A stretch of DNA of 64,000 nucleotides from a virus: IMG/VR virus record IMGVR_UViG_3300023174_000078, positions 1-64,000 of that record. The stretch is one strand, 5' to 3'. Below, piece by piece: positions 8,358 to 18,601 of the stretch. Made by a program: the position numbers and the translations under genes. The notes under the pieces were generated by a model that worked only from the letters and a program-made list of their open reading frames with translations, ran no database searches and was not told the DNA's origin. Numbering within the stretch: position 1 is the first letter of the stretch; each line of letters begins with the position of its first letter.

Positions 8358-9500
8358 ATGATTAAAGTAATACACACAGCCGACTGGCATTTGCGCGATA
8401 TGCAATTCGGTAAGACAGCGCGCGCTCAAGACTTCACTGATTCTGTCTTTCGTATTGTAGACATAGCAGTTCAGAATCAAGTGGATTACATTCTATGCGC
8501 TGGGGACATTCTGAACTCCAAGCGTCCTAGCAGTAGAAATATCGCAGACTTGATTCGCCTGAACCAAAAGCTTCTGGCAAATAAAGTTAAGCTATTTGTT
8601 ATCACTGGTAACCACGACAAATGTCATCCTTCCTGGATCAAGGTATTACAGGAAGAAATGCAGGAGAATGGGCAGTGCGCTATTTACGATATCGATTTCC
8701 AGCTTAAGCGCATTCAAAGCAGAGATGGTAATTACTATACAATCTATGGCGTACCAGATATGGCTCCAGATGATTTCCGAGAAAAGAGCGTGAACTTTCC
8801 GGAGGCTGACTTCATGATGTTCCATGCGCTGATCAAGGACTTTGCATCATTTGATGCTGGTGACAAAGTTTTAAAAGTGGACGACTTACCTACAGACAAA
8901 TACAAAGCTATTCTGCTTGGTGATATTCACACGCATAAGTATATCAAAAAGAATGACTGTCTAGTTGGGTATCCCGGCTCTACTGAACTTTGTTCTCGTA
9001 ATGAAGATATTAATAAATTTGTAAGTTTAATAACACTGCAGGACAGCGGTAGACTGGAGTGGGATTCCATTCCTCTGAAACTCAATAAACCAATCATCGC
9101 TGAAGATGTTCGTACAGTAGAAGAAGCTAATGATTTACTGCTTAGAATTAATGATGTTAAAGATGAACATCCTACCATTCTGGTTCGCAAAGATCCTGTG
9201 TTCACAGATCTTTATATGCGTATAGCTCGTATTGTAGACACTAGTAAATGTATTATACGTGTTACAAACCTACAGACAGCAGGTTTCAAACTTTTAAATA
9301 TCGTTAGCCGTAGGACTGACAATCCTGTTGGAAAGCAACCAGTAGATTTTATCTCGGACTATTTTCCAAACAACTCCGATATATTCGAATTAGCGCAAGC
9401 ACTTTGCGACCCGCAGGCAGCAGCTCCTCATCTTCTCGAAAATTTCATAGACAAAAGATTATATGCGAATCAAAAAACTACAGATAAAAAATTTGGGTAA
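8358..9500 (+). CDS. sbcD: Mre11/SbcD-like metallophosphoesterase nuclease
   Basis: HTADWHL, AGDI, GNHD, LGDIH, YPGS motifs. Confidence 0.93.
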   Translation: MIKVIHTADWHLRDMQFGKTARAQDFTDSVFRIVDIAVQNQVDYILCAGDILNSKRPSSRNIADLIRLNQKLLANKVKLFVITGNHDKCHPSWIKVLQEEMQENGQCAIYDIDFQLKRIQSRDGNYYTIYGVPDMAPDDFREKSVNFPEADFMMFHALIKDFASFDAGDKVLKVDDLPTDKYKAILLGDIHTHKYIKKNDCLVGYPGSTELCSRNEDINKFVSLITLQDSGRLEWDSIPLKLNKPIIAEDVRTVEEANDLLLRINDVKDEHPTILVRKDPVFTDLYMRIARIVDTSKCIIRVTNLQTAGFKLLNIVSRRTDNPVGKQPVDFISDYFPNNSDIFELAQALCDPQAAAPHLLENFIDKRLYANQKTTDKKFG

Positions 9501-12000
9501 ACACAGACAGCTAGGGGCAACTCTAGATGGTGCTGTAGTGGGTCTTATGGGACCAAACGGTTCTGGTAAATCTACCATACTCAAGCTTATACATTTTCTG
9601 ATAACGGGCTGGACTCCTGCCAAGGAAACACAAGAATCGTTCATCCGTAAAGTTGATCCTGAAATCGAAGCCGAACCTTCGTCTGGTTTAGCTGAAATGG
9701 AGTTCTCAGCCCAAGGGAATACGTATAAAATTAGCCGTAAAATCGGATCTCCTTCGTCACGAAAGCTTGCCCGCCTAGACAGCAAGGGAAATGAAATAAA
9801 AGAAGATACCTATACCGGGGCTGCGGAAATACAAGCGCAGCTGACTGACATTCTAGGTGCCGATAAATACGCTATCGATAATGCGGTGTTTCCAGAGCAG
9901 GGTGCTTTGGATAAAATTATATTTGGCTCTCAAGCGGAGCGTGAGGAGTTGCTGGTAAAGCTGCTACTCCTTGGACATATGCAAAAAGTTGCGGATGTCG
10001 CAGCAGGTAAAATTAAAATTCTAGCCTCAGAAATTCAAGATTTCTCAACCCTGCATGATGAGTTACAAGCATCCAGGAATAGTGCGGAAGTGGATTTAGC
10101 GAATGCAGAAGAACAGCTTATACGTACTCGAAGCTACGATGCAGAAATTAAACTGTATGAAGATTGGGAGCGGGCGGTTAATGATCTGACATCTAATTCT
10201 TCGCATTTATTAAGCGCTAAGAATGCTGCGCGTATAAACAATGAAAAAGCTAAAACTGCTTTAGATGAACAGGCGACCAAGCTTGGCTTAGTTTTGCAAT
10301 CCGCCGATGAACTTAGCAACTGGATTGAAAAGCTTAAAAATAAAATTAAAGCGACGCGTCAAACGGTGACCACCCTGCAGGATACCAAAGGTAAAGCCGT
10401 GCAGCACAAGAGCATCGTTGCGCGTATAGACAATCACAATAAAGAACTAATACAGCTCAAAGACGAGTGCCCAGAGCCTGTACCCGCGAGTATACTGGAT
10501 GATCTGAGCAGACGAATCAGCGAGCAACAGTCCCGGGAAATCTATAAAGAGGAGCTCGATGAAGCTATTACTAAGGGGAAAGAAAATAGGAGCGCCGTTG
10601 AAAATCTTGTAGTTTTGTCTAACGGTCTAGCTGAAGAGCTGAAAAGTATCGAGGATGAAGAACAAGCCGTATCAAATGAAAGGGCGCTGTTCAGAACCAT
10701 CACCGATACTTGTCGTTTAGCGTTAGATAGTAATTGTTCAGCCGATTGCCCTGTATGTGGTGAAAACGTTTCTCATGAAAAATTGAGATCCAGGCTGGAA
10801 ACATATAGTGTTAAGTTGAGTGACGCGTCTTATCAAGTGCAGATCATTCGCGCGAGACACGAGCAAAAGAGTAAGCAAATGCGTGAAACTACGCACGAGC
10901 TTACTCAACGCCAGACTCTGCTGACTTTGTATACTAAAAAGTATAAAGAGAATAAAGCGTTGCTAGACGCCGGTGCCGACGAGGATGTGCAAAGTTTGAA
11001 AGAACAGCTCACAAGTCTGAATTATACCACGGCGAAACGCGTGGCTGACATCAAAAATATAAATAAAATTGAATTCGAAATTGAGACATTAGAGTTCGCA
11101 CTTCAAGGTTACACCGAAGAAGAAATTAAAAGTTTCAACGAGCTTGATATTGTTACCTTGGATCAAGCGGTCAACGAGCTCAACGATAAAGTAGAGCACT
11201 GGAGCTTAAAGCTAGATGAGTTATCAAAAACTTATATTACTATTAATCAACTCATTTCAGCCAGAGATACGGAGACAAAACGCTCCGAGGAATTTGCTGT
11301 CGCCTGCGAGGGGCTTGCTCTAAAAAGGGATGCAATCTTTGATTCTTTTCCGCCGCAACTAAAACAATTGGTTGAGCAAGGGGGTGAGATAAAAGACACG
11401 CTTTTAGAGAAGAATAAAATATATAATCAACTTGAAGCCAAAGCAGCGCAGCTTAAAATCCAGGCCAACGGTGTCCGTAAAAGGTTACGCGAGATCGAAG
11501 ATAAAATTAAACTAGATCAAGAAAAGCGCACAGTAATCCAAGAGCTGCAACAAGTGGTTCATGCCTTCTCAAGGCAAGGTATTCCTATGGCTTATGTGCA
11601 GCATAAATTTGATGGTCTTGTCAGTATGACGCAAGACAATCTAGAAATAATGGATGCCAACTTTGCTATTATCCCACATCCTTCCAAACCAGTGAGCCTG
11701 CAGTTCTACCGTACGGATGAGCCTGGGCAGGTATTGTTCGATCATGACAAGTTGTCTGGCGGGCAGAAGGTGCGTTTATCCATAGCGTTCCTTTTAGCAG
11801 TTCAACAACTCGTGATCCCGGAATTAGGATTCCTAGTTTTAGATGAGCCGTCCACGCACTTAGATGAAGAAGCTAGAGAAAATTTAAAAGAGCTCTTGCT
11901 TAATTTGAATCAGCAGCTAGAAAGTACAGATACTCAAATTCTCGTATGCGACCACGCCCGGGAATTGGAGCCTGCCTTTGTAAATGTAATTCAATTATGA
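9463..12000 (+). CDS. sbcC: Rad50/SbcC-like SMC ATPase
   Basis: GPNGSGKST, long coiled coil, CPVC zinc hook, LSGGQ signature, LDEP, CDH. Confidence 0.95.
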   Translation: MRIKKLQIKNLGKHRQLGATLDGAVVGLMGPNGSGKSTILKLIHFLITGWTPAKETQESFIRKVDPEIEAEPSSGLAEMEFSAQGNTYKISRKIGSPSSRKLARLDSKGNEIKEDTYTGAAEIQAQLTDILGADKYAIDNAVFPEQGALDKIIFGSQAEREELLVKLLLLGHMQKVADVAAGKIKILASEIQDFSTLHDELQASRNSAEVDLANAEEQLIRTRSYDAEIKLYEDWERAVNDLTSNSSHLLSAKNAARINNEKAKTALDEQATKLGLVLQSADELSNWIEKLKNKIKATRQTVTTLQDTKGKAVQHKSIVARIDNHNKELIQLKDECPEPVPASILDDLSRRISEQQSREIYKEELDEAITKGKENRSAVENLVVLSNGLAEELKSIEDEEQAVSNERALFRTITDTCRLALDSNCSADCPVCGENVSHEKLRSRLETYSVKLSDASYQVQIIRARHEQKSKQMRETTHELTQRQTLLTLYTKKYKENKALLDAGADEDVQSLKEQLTSLNYTTAKRVADIKNINKIEFEIETLEFALQGYTEEEIKSFNELDIVTLDQAVNELNDKVEHWSLKLDELSKTYITINQLISARDTETKRSEEFAVACEGLALKRDAIFDSFPPQLKQLVEQGGEIKDTLLEKNKIYNQLEAKAAQLKIQANGVRKRLREIEDKIKLDQEKRTVIQELQQVVHAFSRQGIPMAYVQHKFDGLVSMTQDNLEIMDANFAIIPHPSKPVSLQFYRTDEPGQVLFDHDKLSGGQKVRLSIAFLLAVQQLVIPELGFLVLDEPSTHLDEEARENLKELLLNLNQQLESTDTQILVCDHARELEPAFVNVIQL

Positions 12001-12479
12001 GCAATGTAGCTACTCTGTATAATCTGAAGATCAAGTTGACTTCTGTTTGGCTGGGCAATCAGCGTACACGCGAGAATGTCAGACGTTTTCGCCGTGATCG
12101 CGATGGTAAAATTGCTGTAGATTTGGCCCAATGGAATTGGACATTTCAGCAAGCTGCCGATGCCCTGCATATGGATGACATCGACACGGATACTATCCGT
12201 CCGCAGGTCAATATTGATCCGCCGTCTTTGGTTTTGTACAGACGTAACTACACACATAAAAATAAACAGCAGTGTGAAATGTTTGAAGCCCTGCGTGAAA
12301 ACTGTGTTTTAAATATACAGGTTCTAGTCACGACTTCAGACAAGCAAGATAAGTTTCCTCCAGATCTGGCTAGGCTCAGTAATATATTTAGATTCACTGG
12401 TATGTTACTGGGTCTAAGCCCTTGGGGAGGACAGTATGGATACGGTAGATTTGATGTAGAGGATTTAACTCCACTATAA
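11997..12479 (+). CDS. Solo RAMP-superfamily (Cas7/Csm3-like) protein
   Basis: N-terminal strand YNLKIKLTSVWLG, FRRDRDGKIAV, MFEAL, C-terminal G-rich loop LGLSPWGGQYGYGRFDV; ATGA overlap with sbcC stop. Confidence 0.7.
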   Translation: MSNVATLYNLKIKLTSVWLGNQRTRENVRRFRRDRDGKIAVDLAQWNWTFQQAADALHMDDIDTDTIRPQVNIDPPSLVLYRRNYTHKNKQQCEMFEALRENCVLNIQVLVTTSDKQDKFPPDLARLSNIFRFTGMLLGLSPWGGQYGYGRFDVEDLTPL

Positions 12480-12507
12480 AACAACAAAACAAAAAACGAG
12501 TACAACT

Positions 12508-12729
12508 ATGGACACACCAGAAATCGAAAAAATGATAGAGGAAATGACAGGGGCTATCCAGCACCTTGCTGATGCCATTACACCCACAAACGCCTATGGA
12601 TCGCACGACGCATCTGGAGGATTTGTGAGCTCGCACACGGAAGCTTTGATGGGACTCACATCGTCCATGCAAAGTATCGCTAGCTCTATTAGCGACTTGG
12701 CGGATGCGATCAGGGAATCTCGTAGCTAA
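12508..12729 (+). CDS. Hypothetical protein
   Basis: 73-aa helical ORF with A-rich leader. Confidence 0.7.
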   Translation: MDTPEIEKMIEEMTGAIQHLADAITPTNAYGSHDASGGFVSSHTEALMGLTSSMQSIASSISDLADAIRESRS

Positions 12730-12763
12730 CGATAAAACAGCAAAAAGTTCAAAAAATATTATT

Positions 12764-13060
12764 ATGACAGAAAAAACGTTAGATGTTACTTCAATAGCGG
12801 ATGCTCAAAACAAAGTCTCGGACATTCAAGTCGTAGGTAATGGTGACTTATTTACGCTTCTGTGCAAGGCTTCGTCTAAATCTCAAGGATGGATGAAGTC
12901 TACAAAAGCTATGCAATTGTATAATGGATGTGTAGTGCAAGTCACTACACAGCAAGGCGACAATGTGGCGGAGGCACTAACCTTTGTTCCTGATGTGTAC
13001 ATCGTTCCTGACGTGAACGGAGGTCACAGGCTTATGGTAAAAGGAGAAGAGTATCTGTAA
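12764..13060 (+). CDS. Hypothetical phage protein
   Basis: KASSKSQGWMKSTKAM..GCVVQVTTQ..AEALTFVP; start ATG 12764. Confidence 0.75.
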   Translation: MTEKTLDVTSIADAQNKVSDIQVVGNGDLFTLLCKASSKSQGWMKSTKAMQLYNGCVVQVTTQQGDNVAEALTFVPDVYIVPDVNGGHRLMVKGEEYL

Positions 13061-13082
13061 GCAATAGGATCTGATTCAAATG

Positions 13083-13112
13083 TAATACGGGACAGTATTC
13101 TGTCCCGTATTA
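13083..13112 (+). terminator. Perfect 13-bp hairpin, terminator-like
   Basis: TAATACGGGACAG/CTGTCCCGTATTA. Confidence 0.65.
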
Positions 13113-13163
13113 TAGTAGCGAGCATTGTTTGCTTTATTTAATAAGTAATTAAAAGTCTATAGT

Positions 13164-14603
13164 ATGAGTAAAGAAGTTCATCTCATGTGGGATGACTCTG
13201 TATTGACTATTGCCCCGTCCAGTCCTGCACTGGAAAAGTTTCTGACTTACCGGGAAAAGAAGTTGGTTCAAGATCCAAAAGTCCCATGGAAAAGAGTTAC
13301 CAAGGTAACTGTAAATCCTTTATATAAAGTCGTCAGCGAGCAGAAAGAATACACCGTTATCCAAACTATGCAGGGTATGTGGCTGAAGGTGAAAACCTTT
13401 TTAGAGTCTAATGGTTGTGACGTGCGATTTTATGACATGCGCATAACCTTTCCAAAACCACGATTAGATTTAATGTGTGGTTTTAGATTTAAGCAGGAAG
13501 AACTGCTTACTTCTTTTTTACATACCAACTGTAGCGGCCTGTTAGGTGCGCCCACCCGGTACGGAAAAACAACTTTAATTAAAAATACATTACGCGCATT
13601 TCCAAATGTACATACTGTAGTTACTGCACCAGGGGCGGATTTAGTGAAACAGCTTTACGAAGATGTGAAGGAAGCCCTACCGCATAGAGAAGTTAAACTT
13701 ATTGGAGCTGGCTCAACAAAAAGTCCATGCGACGATGTAAACGTTGTGAGCATGGATAGCTTGCACAAGTGTGATGCACCAGCATGTAAACTGTTATTGA
13801 TTGACGAACCACATGCGTGTGTCACAGACAGCCGTTTGCCTGAATTAGTTAAGTTTGATAAAGCAAGACGTATTGGGTTTGGCGCTACACTGAAAGGTAG
13901 ATTCGATCAGCGCGACATATTAATTGAAGCACTGATTGGCCCTGTGATAGCGGAGCGGACATTCCAAGAAGCTGTAGCAGAAGGAGCTGTATGTCCTCTT
14001 ATAGTGTACATGGTTGTAATACCACTAGCTGGTGTGTGTGATGACCGTGACCGCGCTTATAAAACACATCTCTTTAAAGGCGAACGCGTAGCAAAAGCTG
14101 TGCGTTGGATTTGCCATGAATTACTGCCTCAAGATTGGCAGACTCTTATCTTCATTAAAAACGAAGATCAGGCTGAATACTTTTTAGACTGGGTTGGTCA
14201 GGACGGCACCATAGCCATGGCCAAACGCATGACTAAAACAGAGCGCGAAAATATGATGGAGCGAATGCGCGGAGACGAAGTTAAACGTTGTTTAGCCAGT
14301 GAAATCTACGCGCAAGGTGTGACATTCAATCATGTCCGTGCTTTGATTAATTTAAGCGGTGGTGGAGCTAGCACATCTACAATTCAAAAACCTGGCAGAC
14401 TTGCAGAAGTTCGCCCAGACAAGAAATGTGGTGTCGTATTTGATTTCTTCTTTACCCCGGGAACGGGGAAGGGGAATGGTGTGCAGGCTTTGTACCGCGA
14501 GTCATTAGCCAGAGTTAAAGCCTACGCAGAAAAAGGCTACGAGATTATTTATGTAGACAGTTACAATGCGCTCGAATCTTCTTTCAAATCTAAAGCTATC
14601 TGA
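13164..14603 (+). CDS. SF2 DNA helicase (UvsW/XPB-like)
   Basis: APTRYGKT, LLIDEPH, GFGAT, QKPGRL. Confidence 0.88.
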   Translation: MSKEVHLMWDDSVLTIAPSSPALEKFLTYREKKLVQDPKVPWKRVTKVTVNPLYKVVSEQKEYTVIQTMQGMWLKVKTFLESNGCDVRFYDMRITFPKPRLDLMCGFRFKQEELLTSFLHTNCSGLLGAPTRYGKTTLIKNTLRAFPNVHTVVTAPGADLVKQLYEDVKEALPHREVKLIGAGSTKSPCDDVNVVSMDSLHKCDAPACKLLLIDEPHACVTDSRLPELVKFDKARRIGFGATLKGRFDQRDILIEALIGPVIAERTFQEAVAEGAVCPLIVYMVVIPLAGVCDDRDRAYKTHLFKGERVAKAVRWICHELLPQDWQTLIFIKNEDQAEYFLDWVGQDGTIAMAKRMTKTERENMMERMRGDEVKRCLASEIYAQGVTFNHVRALINLSGGGASTSTIQKPGRLAEVRPDKKCGVVFDFFFTPGTGKGNGVQALYRESLARVKAYAEKGYEIIYVDSYNALESSFKSKAI

Positions 14604-14706
14604 TTTTATTATGCTCTGTGGCTTTGTGGCTAAACAACGATTAGCTTGACTGTGCCATACATCCGTGGGAAATAAGTACGCCACTATCAACTGAGGAAAT
14701 AGCCAC

Positions 14707-14946
14707 ATGGGAACACGCTTTAAAAAACTACCAGAACCCGAAAAACCTTCATGGTTAAAAACATCAGAAGAACTGGACGCAGAAGAGGGCTGGGCTGTTT
14801 TATACAGGTTTAAAACTAAAACCGAAATGGCCATGTTCGTCAATAACCCGGACAACATTGCCGAATTAGAATACAGATATCCTTATGATGTTTACAGGCG
14901 TAAACTAGACATAGATAAAAACTATATTGCGGTACTGAGACGTTAA
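14707..14946 (+). CDS. Hypothetical protein
   Basis: 79-aa ORF; TAATG overlap with next gene. Confidence 0.65.
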   Translation: MGTRFKKLPEPEKPSWLKTSEELDAEEGWAVLYRFKTKTEMAMFVNNPDNIAELEYRYPYDVYRRKLDIDKNYIAVLRR

Positions 14947-15590
14947 TGAATCAAGATCAATTAGACGCTATAGCGCGCGAGATACGCCGCTATTATATTG
15001 AAAGAAAAAGTGCGCTATACAACAAAACTTTCAAGCTGACAGGAAATAATGCCGAGTTCATTCACTGGCAGAAAGCCGCAGCGGTGTGCGTAGAGTTAAA
15101 CGCGACGCCAGAAGTTTTTGTCGACGCGGCATTTTCAAATAGCCGTAGCACATTTGGTCCTTTTCCAAATGCGATGTACGGCGCTGCGTGTCGTAGTTGG
15201 TACAGAGATTACTCTTCTTCAAGAAAAACTTATAATCAGGCTAAGCAAAAAGCAGAGCAGGACGGTAAAGACGCTATGTTCGACGCAGAAACTGATACGT
15301 ATACAATAGACCTTAAGTACGAAATTGAATTAGTTGAACGCTCTTTGACTAGATTAACAGGTACTAAAAAAATTAATGCTGTTACTATAGAATACGTTAA
15401 CAGCCTGACTACTAGCTATCCCACGCATGTGCGTGTATTGCTGGGATATAAGAACGATAAAGTTAAATTATTCTTTGGGCGTGACGCCTTAGAATTTTAC
15501 AACACAAGGCCTCATATGTATCGCGCAGCGCAAACCCTTGGATATCCAATCAAAGACATTTTGTTATGGCTAAATGCCCACCACAACTAG
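14946..15590 (+). CDS. Hypothetical protein in replication cluster
   Basis: Overlaps the start of the DnaB-like helicase. Confidence 0.75.
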   Translation: MNQDQLDAIAREIRRYYIERKSALYNKTFKLTGNNAEFIHWQKAAAVCVELNATPEVFVDAAFSNSRSTFGPFPNAMYGAACRSWYRDYSSSRKTYNQAKQKAEQDGKDAMFDAETDTYTIDLKYEIELVERSLTRLTGTKKINAVTIEYVNSLTTSYPTHVRVLLGYKNDKVKLFFGRDALEFYNTRPHMYRAAQTLGYPIKDILLWLNAHHN

Positions 15591-17080
15591 AAGCGTATAT
15601 AGACAAAAATTACAAATGGTTTGAGCAAGCTATTCTTGCTGTTTGTAGTTCCGATCTTCAGAGTTTCAAAAAATTCAGCCTAGTGCTGTGTTTAAAATCC
15701 GGGTCTAAGGACAAACATTCGGACGACTTTGAGGAGCAGTACCACAACATAATCTATGATGCCATACGTGGTTACAATGGATTATTCGAGGGCGCGAGCG
15801 AAAGCATATTCAAGCCTATGGGCTCCTCGCAGCTACAAGCCATGCTCAATGAGCGTGCGAGTAAAGGCGAAGTCGTATCGTTTTCCGAGATACCGGATAT
15901 AGTTAAATATTTTGAAGAGGTGATTTTACCTTTTCAGGCCGGAGAGGATACGCTGTACTTGGTCAACACAGGTATAACCTACTACCTAAAGAATATCAGA
16001 GCGAAGAAGATCCTAAACAGCGCTTCGTTGTTGGGTGTCAATCTGGATGATCTGGCTTTGCTATGTGAGAAGGACGTGGAACTCATTAATAAGCTAGATG
16101 AGGGAGACAAGATTCTAAAAGATGTCCCGGATAGGATTCAACTGGCTGCCATTGATGAGTTTGATGATCCTAATCGTATTTTAGTAGAGACTCTGGATTG
16201 CGATATACCAAAGCTGAATGAAGCTATTTCTTCATTCCGAAAAGGACATTCTTATTTATTTATAGGCGGGACTGGATCGGGTAAAACTATCATAGCGTGT
16301 CAGTTAGCCTGCGCATTTTCTTACATCAACGGGGCCTCTGGACTTTACATATCTACGGAGCAAAAACACGACGAGCTTTATCGCCGTATCATTTCCAACA
16401 AATGCAGCATTCCGCATAGGTCCATTAGCCAAGGTATTTTTAAAGAAAAACTAACTCCCGCTGAGCTCCAGCGATATTTGGAGTTTAGAAACAAGGTCAT
16501 AAATTTAAACTCTGGCGATGCCCAGTTTATTAACTGGGGAAATTTTCAAAAACAAAACGACATCAATATCAGTAAAAAAATCGAAGAGGAGATTGATACG
16601 TATGAGAAAGAAAGCGGAAAGAAAGTTGATTACGTTATTCTAGACTGGATTGGTGGGGCATTAGGATCGATGGTCGATGCTGGCGATAAAACGCGGTTTA
16701 TATACCAAGCGGCGGCAGACGCATTAGAGGCGCTTTGCAGGAAAAGAAATTTTGTTGCTATAGCCTTTGCGCAGGCCGTACCTTCGTCAGTTAATAAAGT
16801 AAAAATAGACTCTCTAGATTTAGCTGAGTGTAAAACTATGGGTAGAAATTACTCGGCTATTATCGGTATATCCAGTTTGTATTCCGAAGAGTACGCTAAA
16901 CAAATTGACCAAGAAAAAAATAAAAAGCGGAAGGACTACCGTATAGGATCGGAGTTGGATGACACAGCCACATTCGCCGTTAAGCAATTCTTGTTTATAT
17001 CCAAGTCCCGCTTCGCGGATCCAAAAGCCGTGCCTTATAAGAGAGAGTACGAATATCAACGCGCAGCACCCTGGACGTAA
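15566..17080 (+). CDS. dnaB: DnaB-like replicative helicase
   Basis: GGTGSGKT, YISTEQ, VILDW, FAQ, ISKSRF. Confidence 0.85.
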   Translation: MAKCPPQLEAYIDKNYKWFEQAILAVCSSDLQSFKKFSLVLCLKSGSKDKHSDDFEEQYHNIIYDAIRGYNGLFEGASESIFKPMGSSQLQAMLNERASKGEVVSFSEIPDIVKYFEEVILPFQAGEDTLYLVNTGITYYLKNIRAKKILNSASLLGVNLDDLALLCEKDVELINKLDEGDKILKDVPDRIQLAAIDEFDDPNRILVETLDCDIPKLNEAISSFRKGHSYLFIGGTGSGKTIIACQLACAFSYINGASGLYISTEQKHDELYRRIISNKCSIPHRSISQGIFKEKLTPAELQRYLEFRNKVINLNSGDAQFINWGNFQKQNDINISKKIEEEIDTYEKESGKKVDYVILDWIGGALGSMVDAGDKTRFIYQAAADALEALCRKRNFVAIAFAQAVPSSVNKVKIDSLDLAECKTMGRNYSAIIGISSLYSEEYAKQIDQEKNKKRKDYRIGSELDDTATFAVKQFLFISKSRFADPKAVPYKREYEYQRAAPWT

Positions 17081-17134
17081 AAAAGCGTTTTTTGTGCTTG
17101 CGCGCAAAGCGCGTTTCGCTAGTATCCAAGTCCT

Positions 17135-18601
17135 ATGCTTTGGAAACCTGCGATGTTCGTTCGGACTGAGAAACACCCACGCCGCCCTGTAGCGCATAAC
17201 ACGATCAGCATCCCTGACCATATGGTTACGGCGTCTGAGAGTGATATACCAGAACTCACTATCAAGCTGAATTACTCTAGCTTGGAAGACAGAACTAAAG
17301 GCGAGGTTTTTGCACTGATTCAGCACATGAATCGGCTTGGTAAATTTGTATCCAAGACTTGGGTATGTAACAGATTAAATTTTAGAGAACGCAAAGCTGA
17401 TGATATTTTTGCGGAACTTAAACGCGAGGGGCAGATTGAAGATTTCATGGCCGTACGCGGAGGTCGCAATCACGGATCCTACTGGCGTGTGTCAGGAAAG
17501 AAGGCACGCAGAGAGATGCAGGTTGTGCATGCAAACATGAGGCGTGCGCTACGCGCCTCCCCTTTGGAGAGTATTAACTCTCCTAAAGGTTCTCTGAAAA
17601 ACAGAGAAGATTTCCAAACCGATTCTATTTCCGGGGTTGGTTTGGAAAAAGAATTCGAACCTGTAGAAAAAATATCCCTGAGACATCAGGCAGTTACCCG
17701 GAACTACGAAGATGGTTCTCCGGGTGACGGGCAGAATGGAACGCAGTACACAGAAGCAGGATGCTTTGACCGTATGATTTCCCCGGAAGCCAACCCGGTA
17801 GAGTACGAACTCGTGGAGTGCTTGATCGATGTTTCAGATGACAAAATGTTAACCCCGGCAGCAGCAAGAAGTGCTGCCCGCCGTATGGATTCTGGTGTGA
17901 TTAATAAGCAATCAGTTGCTAAAATGTGTGACATAATTAGGTCTAAAGATCTGGCTTTCAGTCTTTTAGACATAATCAGAAACTTTGAAGATATCCTCAA
18001 GGAGCACTGCGAAACAATACGCCCCGGAGAAATTAGCTACATATCTGAGCAGATAAAAGAGATGGCCGAAGGCACTTCTGAAAACTATGTCTTCGAAGAA
18101 ATTACTCTTGCTTCAAAAACTTTATATGAACTTAAACCTGATGTTGAAAAATTAACTTACCAAGACTATCATAACTTTATTATTACTTACGGCATATCTG
18201 TTTATGCTAAACTTGTTGTTTTAAGTCTTTCTAAATATTATAAACCTCATATTATAAAATTGTTGGCTGCTGAATTTGAAGATAAACTTTTTGCTGAGAT
18301 GAGCGCTAACATAGCTGTGTATAATTTCCTAAAGAATTTTAAGAAGTTTGATTTTATTGACTGGGCTGCTTTTGCTAAATATCGCCATAAAAAAGTTGAT
18401 AGCTTGAGATGCACTTTGTTTATAAATAAAATTAAAAATAGAAAGTTGGACATGTTTGCTAATCAGTTACACTTTTTTGATCGTTTGTATGCACACGGAA
18501 ATCAACACAACGCAGGGACTAGTCTCGAGCACAATACCGAGAGACATTATGATACTTGCGGAAGCATTGAGTCGCCTGCATGGGCCAGCAATCATTCGTA
18601 A
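17135..18601 (+). CDS. Winged-HTH protein, putative replication initiator
   Basis: VSKTWVCNRLNFRERKADDIFAELKREGQIE; lies between helicase and primase; internal inverted repeats; start uncertain. Confidence 0.5.
   Translation: MLWKPAMFVRTEKHPRRPVAHNTISIPDHMVTASESDIPELTIKLNYSSLEDRTKGEVFALIQHMNRLGKFVSKTWVCNRLNFRERKADDIFAELKREGQIEDFMAVRGGRNHGSYWRVSGKKARREMQVVHANMRRALRASPLESINSPKGSLKNREDFQTDSISGVGLEKEFEPVEKISLRHQAVTRNYEDGSPGDGQNGTQYTEAGCFDRMISPEANPVEYELVECLIDVSDDKMLTPAAARSAARRMDSGVINKQSVAKMCDIIRSKDLAFSLLDIIRNFEDILKEHCETIRPGEISYISEQIKEMAEGTSENYVFEEITLASKTLYELKPDVEKLTYQDYHNFIITYGISVYAKLVVLSLSKYYKPHIIKLLAAEFEDKLFAEMSANIAVYNFLKNFKKFDFIDWAAFAKYRHKKVDSLRCTLFINKIKNRKLDMFANQLHFFDRLYAHGNQHNAGTSLEHNTERHYDTCGSIESPAWASNHS
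17539..17648. repeat. Four abutting inverted repeats inside the CDS (candidate origin)
   Basis: GAGGCGTG/CGCGCCTC; CCTTTGGAGAG/CTCTCCTAAAGG; TTCTCTG/CAGAGAA; TTTCCAAACC/GGTTTGGAAA. Confidence 0.7.
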
